A stretch of DNA of 64,000 nt from an uncultured Alphaproteobacteria bacterium (lineage in GTDB: Bacteria; Pseudomonadota; Alphaproteobacteria; Rhizobiales; Xanthobacteraceae). Position numbers and translations under genes: made by a program. Positions 21,510 through 31,915 of the stretch are shown in pieces. Position 1 is the first letter of the stretch; every line of letters starts with the position of its first letter. Where the stretch lies: contig CAVRFL010000018.1 of the NCBI GenBank assembly GCA_963720385.1, positions 25,609-89,608 on the forward strand, in the 5' to 3' direction. Below the pieces are notes generated by a model that saw nothing but the letters and a program-made list of their open reading frames with translations, had not been told where the DNA came from and searched no databases.

Positions 21510-22841
21510 TTACCGGGGGATGTCTGCAGTGCGGCCCACATCGGGACCGAACCGCCGAAAACGTGCCAATATTGGGACTAGGACGCCAGTGCCGACGCCG
21601 GCGCGTTTTTCTTGCCGCGAGCCGGCCGACAGTGCGTCAGAACGTGCCTGCGGGGACACTGACGGACGTTCATCCGACAGTACGACACGGTTGCGGCCGC
21701 TCTCCTTGGCCTTGTACATCGCCCTGTCTGCGGCAGCGACCAGTGCCATGATATCGACGCCCGGTTCGCCGCTGGCCACGCCAACACTCACGGTCGCGCC
21801 CAGCGCATGATCGCCCACCATCTTTCCGGCGGCCTCGAAGGCAGTTCGGACGCGTTCTGCCGCGACCCCCGCTTCCTGGAGCGTACCCGGGAGGATGGCC
21901 ACGAACTCTTCGCCGCCAAGCCGACCGACGATATCGGTTGCCCGCAACGTGGTGCCCGCGACAGTAGCAAACACGCGCAGCGCCTCATCGCCGGCGGCAT
22001 GCCCGAAGCGGTCATTGATTTTCTTGAAGTGATCGAGATCGAACGCCAGTACGCTGACCGGGTTTTGCTTCTTCTCGAACCGCTCGATGAGCAACTTCGC
22101 GGCCGCCAAGAATCCGCGCCGGTTCACCACACCGGTCAGGTCGTCGACCGTTGCTGCACGCTTGTGGATGCGCACGGTCTGCTCCTTGCAAATCACCAGC
22201 ACCATGAACGCGGTGCAGACGACATAGAGCATGACCTCAAGCGCGGAGACCGCAATCCACCCGTTTGTCAGAACGAGGACCCCGTTGTCATCCGACAACG
22301 TGGTTGCCAGCGGAATCGGAAGCAGGAAAACCAAGCCGTGCAGGATCGGTACAAAAATTGCCGGCCCGCGAAGTCGCAGGTGTTTGCGCCGCTCGCGGTA
22401 GAGTTCGGCGGCGGCCAGGAATGTGTACATCGACACCAGGAACGAACTCAGCACGATCTGCGCCACGATTGAATTGACGAAACCGGGCGACAGGCAGGCG
22501 GCAAGCCAAAGCGTGGCGCCGCCCAGCATCGAACCCCACAGCACGGGACGCCCATGAAAGAGCCGCGCGGCGCTCCAGATCATGCCGCAGGCGACGAACA
22601 GCATCGCATTGGCGATTCCGGCTGGCAGCGGCGGCGAAAGGTAGTTTTCGACGCTCCAGAGGACGACGGCAACGCCGCCGACCAGATAGGCGGTTCCCCA
22701 CCATGCCAGCGCATGGATGCGGTCCTGCGTCCACACGAACAGCAGGAGCAGTCCAAGCAGTCCCGTGACGCATACGGCGACAACGAACAGCGTCGTCATA
22801 TCCAGCGACAGCAATATGCTTGGATCATGAAGCGACATCAA
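21510..22841 (-). CDS. membrane-anchored diguanylate cyclase (GGDEF domain)
   Basis: About six N-terminal TM helices followed by a GGDEF domain (RRGF...FDLDHFKKINDRFGHAAGDEAL...GRLGGEEFVAILPG). Confidence 0.9.
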   Translation of the reverse strand: MMSLHDPSILLSLDMTTLFVVAVCVTGLLGLLLLFVWTQDRIHALAWWGTAYLVGGVAVVLWSVENYLSPPLPAGIANAMLFVACGMIWSAARLFHGRPVLWGSMLGGATLWLAACLSPGFVNSIVAQIVLSSFLVSMYTFLAAAELYRERRKHLRLRGPAIFVPILHGLVFLLPIPLATTLSDDNGVLVLTNGWIAVSALEVMLYVVCTAFMVLVICKEQTVRIHKRAATVDDLTGVVNRRGFLAAAKLLIERFEKKQNPVSVLAFDLDHFKKINDRFGHAAGDEALRVFATVAGTTLRATDIVGRLGGEEFVAILPGTLQEAGVAAERVRTAFEAAGKMVGDHALGATVSVGVASGEPGVDIMALVAAADRAMYKAKESGRNRVVLSDERPSVSPQARSDALSAGSRQEKRAGVGTGVLVPILARFRRFGPDVGRTADIPR

Positions 22842-23087
22842 CCGCTCCCAGCCTTTCCAACACCACCCATCGCTCTCATATCACCGTTTTGTATCGTCGT
22901 GCTGGATCCCTGATGGGACGCTTTGTGACCGGTTTTGCAAATCGCACGGCTTTTCTGCGAAACATTCTGAAAACTTTCCCGAGGAAATAAACGATTGTGT
23001 ATCCGTCGGCCACGGGATCGTTCAGTCGCGCTTTATCTGCGGTAAACGGCCGCGAATACTGTTGGTAACGGCCGATCACAGCCCGAA

Positions 23088-24080
23088 TTAGCTACTGAAA
23101 TCGCCTTGAATCGGCACGAACAAATCGTCAACCGGGATCGGCCGGCGAATTAAATATTGCTCAACCATGTAACGCACCAGCGCCTCCAATGTGGAACGAT
23201 TTGGCTCGACGCCGTATGGAAAGGCGTCACCGCCGAACACCGTGTCGATCTCCTCGATCTCGGCGAGCAGCCACGGCAGCATGGCGCTGAGCGACCCGCC
23301 GTACCGCATGCGGGCGCGCGCCCGGCGCTTGGATTCCACGAACGCCTTGTAGAGGCTGGTGGCAAGCCAGCGGTGACGCTCATAAAGCGGACGCCGCATC
23401 GCGATGAGGTGCATGATCGGGAAAATTCCGGTCGTCTGGTAGAGCTCCCGTTCCAGCGCGCGGTAGTTCGGAAACAACCGCACCACATCAGGGTGGCGAC
23501 CGAAGGCCTCCGGCTTGCGCGAGCCGATCAGGGCATCGATTTCCCCGCGGGCCAGCAGCACGCCGAGCGGCTCACCGCTGGTATTCTGCTCGAGGTTGAC
23601 CGGCCGGAGCAGTGGCGGCGCATGCGGTTTGCCGTGCGTGCCGGCATCGTCCACCGCTCCCTGCACCCACCGGATGGTGGCGAGATCGACGCCAAACTGA
23701 TGCGAAAGATGCCCGCGCGCCCACAGCGCCGCGGTCTGAGTGTAGAGCGGCACGCCGACGCGCTTGCCTTCCAGATCCTTGGGCGACCGGATGCCGGCGC
23801 GCGCATTGACGAAAATGTAGCCGTGTCTGAACACGCGCGAGGGAAACACCGGCAGCGCCACGAACGGATTGTTCCCGGCGCCGGCGAGGCTGACAAATTC
23901 GGACGCTGACAATTCCGCGACGTCGAATTCCTGGCCGCCGACCATGCGGTCGAACACGTCGCGGCCGGACTTCAGCGTCAGACAGGTGAGATCGACGCCC
24001 TCGACGGCAACGACGCCCTCGCGGATCGCTTCCATCCGGTCGTAGCGGCAGCAGGCGAAGGTCAATGGCAGGCTTGGCAT
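23088..24080 (-). CDS. NMT1/PhtD-like protein (ABC-type substrate-binding fold; 4,5-dihydroxyphthalate decarboxylase-like family)
   Basis: 330 aa beginning LTFACCRYDRMEAIREG...VDLTCLTL..GRDVFDRMVGGQEFDVAELSASEF, typical of this family. Confidence 0.65.
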   Translation of the reverse strand: MPSLPLTFACCRYDRMEAIREGVVAVEGVDLTCLTLKSGRDVFDRMVGGQEFDVAELSASEFVSLAGAGNNPFVALPVFPSRVFRHGYIFVNARAGIRSPKDLEGKRVGVPLYTQTAALWARGHLSHQFGVDLATIRWVQGAVDDAGTHGKPHAPPLLRPVNLEQNTSGEPLGVLLARGEIDALIGSRKPEAFGRHPDVVRLFPNYRALERELYQTTGIFPIMHLIAMRRPLYERHRWLATSLYKAFVESKRRARARMRYGGSLSAMLPWLLAEIEEIDTVFGGDAFPYGVEPNRSTLEALVRYMVEQYLIRRPIPVDDLFVPIQGDFSS

Positions 24081-24189
24081 GCCGGACGAACCACATCATG
24101 CTGCGGGCGCGGCAACGCAATCGCCCCGCCATGCTGCGTGAAAGCGGGCTGCTTGCAAAGCCCGCCCACGATTGTTTTGTCGCTGGCGC

Positions 24190-24678
24190 TTAGCGCTTCG
24201 AGAACTGGAAGCTGCGGCGTGCCTTGGCCCGGCCGTACTTCTTGCGCTCGACCACGCGCAAGTCGCGGGTCAGGAAACCGCCGCGTTTGAGCGCGCCGCG
24301 CAGATCGGGTTCGAAGGTCATCAGCGCCTTCGACAGCCCATGACGCACGGCGCCCGCCTGCCCTGACAATCCGCCGCCGGAGACCGTGCAGACGATGTCG
24401 TATTGGCCATTGCGGTTGGTCGCCACCAGCGGCTGCTGGATCAGCATCCGCAGCACCGGCCGGGCGAAGTAGATCTCGATGGCGCGCATGTTGATCTCGA
24501 CCTTGCCGGAGCCGGGCTTGATCCAGACGCGCGCGACGGCGTCCTTGCGCTTGCCGGTCGCGTAGGCGCGGCCCTGCTTGTCGAGCTTCTGAACGTATTT
24601 CGGAGACTCGGGCGCCGCCGCCGGCTTGAGTGCGGAAAGCTGGTCGAGCGATTGCATGGTGCTGTCGGCCATGGTCAC
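24190..24678 (-). CDS. rpsI: 30S ribosomal protein S9
   Basis: C-terminus [19 protein letters not shown]...[18 protein letters not shown]. Confidence 0.97.
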   Translation of the reverse strand: MTMADSTMQSLDQLSALKPAAAPESPKYVQKLDKQGRAYATGKRKDAVARVWIKPGSGKVEINMRAIEIYFARPVLRMLIQQPLVATNRNGQYDIVCTVSGGGLSGQAGAVRHGLSKALMTFEPDLRGALKRGGFLTRDLRVVERKKYGRAKARRSFQFSKR

Positions 24679-25139
24679 GCGCTCCTTTTGTTTTTGCGGT
24701 TCATGGCCGCGATGTCGAGCATTTCCGGATTTTGCGCCACATGCGGATGCTCCGCGCCGGGATAGACGCGAAGATTACCGAGCTGGCGCCGCGCGAGCGG
24801 GCCGCGCGGCAGCATGCGCTCGATCGCCTTTTCGACCACGCGCTCCGGAAATTTGCCTTCGAGGATCGAGCGCGCGGTGCGCTCCTTGATCCCGCCGATA
24901 TAGCCGGTGTGGTGATGATAGACCTTGTTCTCGCGCTTCTTGCCGGTCAGCACGATCTTTGCCGCATTGATGATCACGACATTGTCGCCGTCATCGACGT
25001 GCGGCGTATAAGTCGGCTTGTGCTTGCCGCGCAGCCGCATGGCGACGATGGACGCGAGGCGGCCGACGACGAGGCCGGAAGCATCGATCATCACCCACTT
25101 CTTCTCAACCTCGGCAGGCTTGGCCGAATAGGTGGTCAT
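24675..25139 (-). CDS. rplM: 50S ribosomal protein L13
   Basis: [47 protein letters not shown]... ATG at 25139; 4-nt overlap with rpsI. Confidence 0.97.
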   Translation of the reverse strand: MTTYSAKPAEVEKKWVMIDASGLVVGRLASIVAMRLRGKHKPTYTPHVDDGDNVVIINAAKIVLTGKKRENKVYHHHTGYIGGIKERTARSILEGKFPERVVEKAIERMLPRGPLARRQLGNLRVYPGAEHPHVAQNPEMLDIAAMNRKNKRSA

Positions 25140-25203
25140 GGCACGGACCTTTGCTGGGACAGGTCGCCGAGCGCGCAAGCGTTCGCAACCCGTGGAAGCG
25201 GCC

Positions 25204-25232
25204 TATTAGCACCGGTGCTCGTAAACCGTCAA
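25204..25232 (-). promoter_or_regulatory. candidate sigma-70 promoter of rplM-rpsI with an upstream A/T tract
   Basis: The minus strand reads TTGACG-N17-CTAATA, preceded by TATTTTTTTATAGAG, about 60 nt upstream of the rplM ATG. Confidence 0.45.
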
Positions 25233-25336
25233 TCGCTCTATAAAAAAATAATGCAGTACAATCAATCGTTTATGTGATTGGTTCTATAATACCGTCAGTG
25301 AAGGCCGGGCTGGGGCTTGCAAAAACTGCGTCACGC

Positions 25337-25696
25337 CTAGCCGAATTGGGCCCGAAGCTCGTCTTTCGCCTTGTTCAAGGTCCGCTTCCGCGCCGCCGGC
25401 AGATTGCGGCCGGCGCGGTTGATATAGAAGGTCAGCATCGACAGCGCCGAGCGATAGGCGTCCGCCTTGCGGCGCTTGCTGCGTTCGGCGGAACGCTTCA
25501 ACGACGCGGCAATCCGCTTGGGGCTGTCGAGCTTGAAAACCCCGGTGTCGAGATCGAGCGCGTTGCTCTCGCGGGTCACGCGAGCGGACCACTTGCGTGT
25601 GGCGCTGGCAGGCCTGCCTGATCGCCGTCTGCGCGACCACCGCCCGGTGGCCGCGTGGGTGCGGGATGTCTTGCGCGCGCGCCTTCGTTTCGCCAT
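25337..25696 (-). CDS. DUF3175-family protein
   Basis: Basic N-terminus then LDLDTGVFKLDSPKRIAASLKRSAERSKRRKADAYRSALSMLTFYINRAGRNL, typical of DUF3175. Confidence 0.7.
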   Translation of the reverse strand: MAKRRRARKTSRTHAATGRWSRRRRSGRPASATRKWSARVTRESNALDLDTGVFKLDSPKRIAASLKRSAERSKRRKADAYRSALSMLTFYINRAGRNLPAARKRTLNKAKDELRAQFG

Positions 25697-25851
25697 GGCC
25701 AGATCCTCGGTTGCTCCTTCGCATGAGGAACGCGTAGTGCTAGCCGCCGTTCCCGCGGCGGTTCACACGGCTTGCCAAACACGCCTTGGCCACGACCGAC
25801 ACCTTCGTTAGTGTCGCGATCAAGACACATTTCAGACGCTCGATCGGGCCA

Positions 25852-26670
25852 ATGACGCTTGCTTCTCCTGCCCCGGCATCGAACACGCTGCTGCTGCGCG
25901 ACAGCGTGGACACAATCGCCATCCTGACGCTCAATCGCCCGGACGCGCGCAACAGCTTGTCGGAAGCCTTACTGCGCGCGCTCGAAGCAGAGTTGGCCGC
26001 GATTGCCACCGATCGCGCGGTGCGCGCCGTCGTGCTGGCAGCCAACGGTCCGGCGTTTTCAGCCGGGCACGATCTCAAGGAACTCAGTGCCAGGCGAACC
26101 GATCCGGATGGCGGCCGCAGCTATTTTGCGCACGTCGTGACGTTATGCAGCGCCGTGATGCAGCAGATCGTGCACTTGCCACAGCCGGTCATCGCGGCCG
26201 TCCAGGGCACCGCCACCGCCGCTGGCTGCCAACTGGTTGCAAGCTGCGACCTCGCGATTGCGTCCGCGGCCGCGCGGTTCGCGACACCGGGCGTGAACAT
26301 CGGATTGTTCTGCTCGACCCCGATGGTTGCGCTGTCCCGCAATGTCGCGGCCAAGCACGCGATGGAACTCTTGCTGACAGGTGACGCGATTGCGGCCGAG
26401 GACGCCGCCCGCATCGGCCTGGTTAATCGCGTCGTCGCGCCCGGAACCGAGCGCGACGAGGCGTTGTCACTCGCCCACAGGATTGCCGCAAAGTCGCGCC
26501 ACGTCGTCAAGATCGGGAAGCAAGCGTTCTACCGGCAGATCGATATGGACCTCGCGCGGGCTTATGACTACGCTGCCGAAGTGATGGTGCAGAACATGAT
26601 GGCGCGCGATGCCGCCGAAGGCATCTCGGCCTTCATCGAAAAACGCACCGCCCGATGGGAGGACCGCTGA
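25852..26670 (+). CDS. enoyl-CoA hydratase/isomerase family protein
   Basis: Crotonase fold: ILTLNRPDARNSLS...VVLAANGPAFSAGHDLKE...PVIAAVQGTATAAGCQL. ATG at 25852 is preferred over the track start at 25786. Confidence 0.88.
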   Translation: MTLASPAPASNTLLLRDSVDTIAILTLNRPDARNSLSEALLRALEAELAAIATDRAVRAVVLAANGPAFSAGHDLKELSARRTDPDGGRSYFAHVVTLCSAVMQQIVHLPQPVIAAVQGTATAAGCQLVASCDLAIASAAARFATPGVNIGLFCSTPMVALSRNVAAKHAMELLLTGDAIAAEDAARIGLVNRVVAPGTERDEALSLAHRIAAKSRHVVKIGKQAFYRQIDMDLARAYDYAAEVMVQNMMARDAAEGISAFIEKRTARWEDR

Positions 26671-26918
26671 TGATCGTTGCCGCTGCCTTGCGGAACCGCG
26701 AATGGCTCCCGGCCAGCGCATTGTCGCGCGGAATCCTCGCCGGCACCGCCTGGGGCCTGACGATGGGACTCGCACTTCCGCTGCTGACGTTCCTGAGCTG
26801 CGGCGTGATCTGCCTGTCGGATATCGCGTTCACCACCGCCGTTTCGGTGGTCGCCGGCATCGCCACAATCGGGCCGCTTGCGGCGTTCCGCCACGTGCCC
26901 GTACGCGCCATCGACTGA
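26670..26918 (+). CDS. small hydrophobic membrane protein
   Basis: 82 aa with 2-3 predicted TM segments. Its ATG shares one base with the upstream TGA (TGATG). Confidence 0.4.
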   Translation: MIVAAALRNREWLPASALSRGILAGTAWGLTMGLALPLLTFLSCGVICLSDIAFTTAVSVVAGIATIGPLAAFRHVPVRAID

Positions 26919-26984
26919 CTGAAATCTACCACAAGCCATGCTACGGCTTTCATCCCTTCGCACAGCCAGTACTGGAGTCACTCA

Positions 26985-27206
26985 ATGACCAAGCTTCCCC
27001 TGATCGCTCTTGCGCTCATTTTCTTCGGCATGCCGGCCGAGGCGCAGCCGACGCCGGCGCAGCGCCAGGCATGCGAGCAGGATGCGTACAGATTTTGCCA
27101 GAATGCCATTCCGGATGAGGAGCGCGTGCGCCAATGTCTGGTCCGGAACATGCGCCGCCTCAATCCAACCTGCCGCAGCGCCTTCCATCATCGCAGGCGG
27201 CGCTGA
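26985..27206 (+). CDS. secreted cysteine-rich-repeat protein
   Basis: Signal peptide plus one C..D...FC......E....CL......L...C unit (4 Cys). Confidence 0.55.
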   Translation: MTKLPLIALALIFFGMPAEAQPTPAQRQACEQDAYRFCQNAIPDEERVRQCLVRNMRRLNPTCRSAFHHRRRR

Positions 27207-27278
27207 CGTCCGCGACGGTCTTTTAGTTCGCGGCGGTGCGACTATATCTTCCTCACCACAATTCGGGACGCGCCGCCG

Positions 27279-27860
27279 ATGGACCACACCAGCTACTCCG
27301 ACCAGTACATTCGCGGCATCCTCAACAGCGTGAAGACCATCGCCATGGTCGGGGTGTCGCCGAAAACCAATCGGCCGAGCTATTTCGCGTTCAAATATCT
27401 GCTCGAGCGCGGCTACCGCATGATCCCGGTCAATCCCGGGCAGGCCGGCGGTGAGCTGCTCGGGCAGAAGGTCTACGCCAGGCTCCCCGACATTCCCGAA
27501 GCCGTCGACATGGTGGACGTGTTCCGCGCCTCCGAGCATGCGCTCGGCATCGTGCAGGAGGCGATCGCGCTCAATCCGCGTCCCAAGGTGGTCTGGATGC
27601 AGCTTGGCGTGCGCAACGACGAGGCTGCGCGCCTCGCGGAGGCAAACGGCATCAAGGTGGTCATGAACCGCTGCCCCAAGATCGAATACGGCCGCCTCTC
27701 CTCCGAGATCGCATGGATGGGCGTCAACACCCGCACCATCTCCGCCAAGAAGGCGCCGCTGCCGGGTCGTGGAATCCAGCGCCTTTCGCTCGACCGCGCA
27801 ACGATGGCCGGCGGCACGACCGACGCCGCGACCCGGGCACAGTCCAACACAGGTTCTTGA
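27279..27860 (+). CDS. CoA-binding domain protein (YccU-like)
   Basis: KTIAMVGVSPKTNRPSYFAFKYLLERGYRMIPVNP...VDMVDVFR...VWMQLGV, typical of CoA_binding_2. Confidence 0.85.
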   Translation: MDHTSYSDQYIRGILNSVKTIAMVGVSPKTNRPSYFAFKYLLERGYRMIPVNPGQAGGELLGQKVYARLPDIPEAVDMVDVFRASEHALGIVQEAIALNPRPKVVWMQLGVRNDEAARLAEANGIKVVMNRCPKIEYGRLSSEIAWMGVNTRTISAKKAPLPGRGIQRLSLDRATMAGGTTDAATRAQSNTGS

Positions 27861-27955
27861 ACCTGCTCCGGCGCTGGCGGCACTAATGCGTCCATTGTGT
27901 AGACTGACCTGACCCCATGGACCGCAGCCCGGTCCCGGAACGACGAGGACCGGCC

Positions 27956-29239
27956 ATGACCGACCGCACCCCTGGCTTTGCGACGCTTGCGATCCACGCC
28001 GGAGCACAGCCCGACCCGACCACCGGCGCGCGCGCGACGCCGATCTACCAGACGACGTCCTATGTGTTCGAGGACGTCGACCATGCCGCCTCGCTGTTCG
28101 GCCTGCAGACCTTCGGCAACATCTACACCCGCATCGGCAACCCGACGACCGCGGTGCTCGAGGAACGCGTCGCCGCGCTGGAAGGCGGCACCGCCGGGCT
28201 GGCGACCGCATCGGGCCATGCGGCACAGGTGCTGGTCTTTCACTGCCTGATGCAGCCGGGCGACGAATTTGTCGCCTCCAAGAAGCTCTATGGCGGCTCG
28301 ATCAACCAGTTCAATCACGCGTTCAAGAACTTCGGCTGGAACGTGAACTGGGCCGATCCGGACGACATTTCCTCGTTCGAAAAGGCGGTCACGCCGAAGA
28401 CCAAGGCGATCTTCACCGAGTCGATCGCCAATCCCGGCGGTGTGATCTGCGACATCGAAGCGATGTCAGCGATCGCCAAGAAAGCGCACGTGCCGCTCAT
28501 CGTCGACAACACGCTCGCAACGCCGTACCTGTGGAAACCGATCGACCACGGCGCCGACATCGTCGTCCATTCGCTGACGAAATTCCTCGGCGGGCACGGC
28601 AATTCGATCGGCGGCATGATCGTCGACGCCGGCACGTTCGACTGGTCGCGCGACGAACGCTTTCCGATGCTCTCAAAGCCGCGGCCGGAGTACCACGGCA
28701 TCGTCTTGCACGAGACCTTCGGCAATTTCGCCCTGGCCATCGCCGCCCGTGTGCTGGCGCTCCGCGACATCGGACCGGCGCTGTCGCCGTTCAATTCGTT
28801 CCTGATCCTGACCGGCATCGAGACGCTGCCGCTGCGCATCCAGCGCCACTGCGACAACACGGTTGCCGTGGCGCAGTGGCTCAGCAGCCACAACAAGGTC
28901 GCCTGGGTGAGCTATCCGGGACTTCCGGGCGACCGCTACCACAGCCTCGCGCGCAAATATCTACCCAAGGGCGCGGGTTCGGTGTTCACCTTCGGCCTCA
29001 AGGGCGGCTACGAAGCCGGCATCAAGCTGGTCTCGAACGTGCAGCTGTTCTCGCATCTCGCCAATATCGGCGATACCCGTTCGCTGATCATTCATCCGGC
29101 GTCGACGACGCACCGGCAGCTCACCGACGAGCAGAAGGTCGCGTGCGGCGCCGGGCCCGACGTGGTGCGGTTGTCGATCGGGATCGAGGACAAGGACGAC
29201 ATCGTCGCCGACCTCGAGCAGGCGCTGGCGGCGAGCTAG
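27956..29239 (+). CDS. metY: O-acetylhomoserine sulfhydrylase (PLP-dependent)
   Basis: GFATLAIHAGAQPDPTTGARATPIYQTTSYVFEDVDHAA...SLTKFLGGHGNSIGG (PLP Lys). ATG at 27956 is preferred. Confidence 0.88.
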   Translation: MTDRTPGFATLAIHAGAQPDPTTGARATPIYQTTSYVFEDVDHAASLFGLQTFGNIYTRIGNPTTAVLEERVAALEGGTAGLATASGHAAQVLVFHCLMQPGDEFVASKKLYGGSINQFNHAFKNFGWNVNWADPDDISSFEKAVTPKTKAIFTESIANPGGVICDIEAMSAIAKKAHVPLIVDNTLATPYLWKPIDHGADIVVHSLTKFLGGHGNSIGGMIVDAGTFDWSRDERFPMLSKPRPEYHGIVLHETFGNFALAIAARVLALRDIGPALSPFNSFLILTGIETLPLRIQRHCDNTVAVAQWLSSHNKVAWVSYPGLPGDRYHSLARKYLPKGAGSVFTFGLKGGYEAGIKLVSNVQLFSHLANIGDTRSLIIHPASTTHRQLTDEQKVACGAGPDVVRLSIGIEDKDDIVADLEQALAAS

Positions 29240-30390
29240 GAGGAAAGTGCTGGTCGCACGACGTCGCCCGCCGCAGAGCGGCGCAGCCCGACGCGCTCCG
29301 CATGGACGACGGCAATCGCCAGCGTCGCCACCGCCATGGCCTGGTGCGCGAGCGCGAGGCCGAGCGGCACCACGTGCAGGAGCGTCAGGATGCCAAGCGC
29401 CCCCTGCAGCGTGACGGCCGACGCGAGCACCAGCGCCGAGGTCAGCACAGGTCCTCCCCGCACCGTGCGCGCGACGTCGGTGACGTGGACAATCGCAAGC
29501 ACAAATATCAGGTATGCCATCATGCGGTGGTTGAACTGCACCATCAGCGTGTTTTCAAAGAAATTTCGCCACCACGGTCGTTCGAAGAACAGCCGCGACA
29601 TCTCCGGCACCAGCGCCCCGTCGATCAGCGGCCAGGTGTTGTAGATCAGGCCGGCGCGCAAGCCGGCGACCAGCGCGCCAAGATAGATCTGCACCAGCAC
29701 CAGAATGAGCAGAAGCATCGCGCCGGTTCGGATGCGCGGCGGCGGCTCCACCGCATCGCACGGCTTGAGCCGCTGCGCGGTCCACAACAGCATCGCGAAA
29801 ATGATGCAAGCAAGCGTGAGATGGAACGCCAACCGGTACTGCGACACACTCAGGCGCTCGGCGAGGCCCGAGGTCACCATCCACCAGCCGACCGCGCCTT
29901 GCAGCGCGCCCAAGCCGAAGATCGTCCACAGCCGCAGCCGCAGGCCGGGCTCGATCCAGCCCTTCCAAAGCAACCACAGGAACGGCAGCAGGAACGCCAC
30001 GCCGATCAGCCGCCCGAGCAGCCGATGGCCCCACTCCCACCAATAGATGAACTTGAACTCGCCGAGGCTCATACCGCGGTTGAGCTCCTGGTATTGCGGG
30101 ATCGTCTGGTATTTCGCGAACTCGGCCTGCCAGACCTCCTCGCTCAAGGGCGGCAGCGCGCCGGTGACGGGGCGCCATTCGGTAATGGAGAGGCCGGAAC
30201 CGGTGAGCCGTGTCGCTCCGCCGAGAGCTGCGGTCGCAAATACCAGCGCGGCGACGACCAGCAGCCACACGCGGACAACACGGCGTCGGGATTGAAACTC
30301 AGGATGCGCGGCGATCATTGATTGGTTCGCTTGCCGTGGACGGCGCGGACCATATAGTCGGGCCCGGACCGCCGCAATCAGAGAAGCCAT
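29236..30390 (-). CDS. ctaA: heme A synthase (COX15/CtaA); start uncertain (alternative ATG at 30318)
   Basis: Multi-TM protein with GATRLTGSGLSITEW.P..G..PP and conserved His pairs. The 30390 start lies 2 nt from the divergent DUF2842 ATG, so the internal start is more likely. Confidence 0.85.
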   Translation of the reverse strand: MASLIAAVRARLYGPRRPRQANQSMIAAHPEFQSRRRVVRVWLLVVAALVFATAALGGATRLTGSGLSITEWRPVTGALPPLSEEVWQAEFAKYQTIPQYQELNRGMSLGEFKFIYWWEWGHRLLGRLIGVAFLLPFLWLLWKGWIEPGLRLRLWTIFGLGALQGAVGWWMVTSGLAERLSVSQYRLAFHLTLACIIFAMLLWTAQRLKPCDAVEPPPRIRTGAMLLLILVLVQIYLGALVAGLRAGLIYNTWPLIDGALVPEMSRLFFERPWWRNFFENTLMVQFNHRMMAYLIFVLAIVHVTDVARTVRGGPVLTSALVLASAVTLQGALGILTLLHVVPLGLALAHQAMAVATLAIAVVHAERVGLRRSAAGDVVRPALSS

Positions 30391-30392
30391 CC

Positions 30393-30609
30393 ATGCCGAT
30401 CCGCCTGCGCAAACTCATCGGTGCCGTCCTACTGATCGCGCTGGTGGTGTGTTGGTCACTGGTCGCCATGGCGCTGGCGCAGCTTCCGGTGATCAAGGCC
30501 AACAGAATTCGTCGAGGCGATCTACTACGTGGCGGCGGGGCTCGGCTGGGTGCTGCCGGCGATGCCGCTGATCCGCTGGATGTCGCGGCCTGATCCGCCG
30601 CATCCGTAG
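30393..30609 (+). pseudogene. DUF2842-family small membrane protein, apparent +1 frameshift near 30493-30513
   Basis: MPIRLRKLIGAVLLIALVVCWSLVAMALAQLPVIKAN lies in one frame. EFVEAIYYVAAGLGWVLPAMPLIRWMSRPDPPHP* continues in the next frame. Confidence 0.65.
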
Positions 30610-30707
30610 GGTGGGCAAAGGCGCGATTGCGTGATCGTATCCAGGTGGGCAAATCGTGCGTGTGCGCCGTGCCCACCATGGATATCACGGCAGACGATTT
30701 GCCCATC

Positions 30708-31766
30708 CTACGCCGCGTCGACCTTGCGAAAGCCGTTCCACATCGCAGTGGCGGCGCCCGAAAGCAGCACGCGCACATAGCGCAGCTGCTGATGCTCGCC
30801 GTCGAGCGAAATGCGCGGCAATGCGGTGAGATGATGGCGATGCTCCGGAAACAGGACGCCCGGCCGCGCGGTGACCGCGGTCTTGAAGCCGAGCTCCGCA
30901 GCCATCCGAAACTCGCGCGCCCCCGCGGAGATGCGATCGCCGACCGGATAGGACAGGTGATCGGGGCGCTTGCCAATCGACGCCTCGATCACGGAACGGC
31001 TCATTGCCATCTCCGAGCGCGCCAAGCGTTCCGGCACCTTGGCGAGCATCACATGGTTGACTGTGTGCGCCCCGATCGTCACCAGCGGGTCGGACGCCAG
31101 CGTGCCAAGCTCGCTCCAGGTCATGCAGAGGTCGCTGCAGAACTTCATGATATCGACGTGATAGCGGCCGCTGAGGTCGCGCACGAAGCTGCGGAGCTGA
31201 TGCTCGGTCGGCAGGCTGCGGGCGTAACGATAGAGCTGATCGAACAAATCCCGCTTGGCCGCGACGGTGTCGCATTCGAATCCCTGTTCCGCGCGGTCGA
31301 GCAAGAGCGTGATGCGGCGGTTGCGCGCCACCACGGCTTCGAGCGCGAGCCACCACAGCTCGCCCAGCCGGTCCGGGAAGCTGGTCGGGATATAGACCGC
31401 AAAAGGCGCGTCATAGCGTTTCAGGATCGGGTGGGCCCATTGCAGCGTGTCGCGATAGCCGTCGTCGATGGTGATGCAGACGAACCGGCGCGAGAAATCC
31501 TCTTCGGCAAGGCGCCGGTACACCTCGTCGAGCGCGACCAGATCGAGCTTGCGGCGGCGCAGGTAGCGGACGACACGTTCCAGGAATTCGGGTGTCACCT
31601 CGAGCAGGCGGTTGGGCTGAAACGCGTCGGGCCGCTCGGGGCGGACGTGATGCAAGGTGAGGATCACACCGACGCCGCGGACGAACGGCCGCATGAACAC
31701 GTTGGCGCCGCTGAAGTAGAGCGTCTCCAAGCCGCCGCGGATGATCGCCGTCTTCAAGCTGGTCAT
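30708..31766 (-). CDS. polysaccharide deacetylase family protein
   Basis: ILTLHHV...FVCITIDDGYRDTLQWAHPILKRYDAPFAVYI...IGAHTVNH. ATG at 31766; the track ORF's extra 97 codons run through tRNA-Pro and are rejected. Confidence 0.85.
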   Translation of the reverse strand: MTSLKTAIIRGGLETLYFSGANVFMRPFVRGVGVILTLHHVRPERPDAFQPNRLLEVTPEFLERVVRYLRRRKLDLVALDEVYRRLAEEDFSRRFVCITIDDGYRDTLQWAHPILKRYDAPFAVYIPTSFPDRLGELWWLALEAVVARNRRITLLLDRAEQGFECDTVAAKRDLFDQLYRYARSLPTEHQLRSFVRDLSGRYHVDIMKFCSDLCMTWSELGTLASDPLVTIGAHTVNHVMLAKVPERLARSEMAMSRSVIEASIGKRPDHLSYPVGDRISAGAREFRMAAELGFKTAVTARPGVLFPEHRHHLTALPRISLDGEHQQLRYVRVLLSGAATAMWNGFRKVDAA

Positions 31767-31915
31767 ACCAGGCTGCCGCACGCGCGCCGCCGGCATCGAA
31801 CTCCGGCCCATTGGGCGCGTCGCCCGGCACGCTGACATCGAGGAAGCCCGCCGACAAGAGGGCGCCCTTGCGCAACCGGACGGGCCAGCGTATTCGTTCG
31901 CGCTGCCGGCCCTGG

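Noticed and set aside
27861-27955. SAM-II (metA-type) riboswitch upstream of metY.
   Set aside because: I could not find the conserved AAAGC-containing pseudoknot core or a suitable stem. The leader is short and GC-rich.
26982-30321. ORFs 26982..28226 (-, 414 aa) and 28531..30321 (+, 596 aa).
   Set aside because: They are antisense or out of frame to the well-supported CoA-binding, metY and ctaA genes. Their Arg/Pro/Gly-rich composition has no domain signature.
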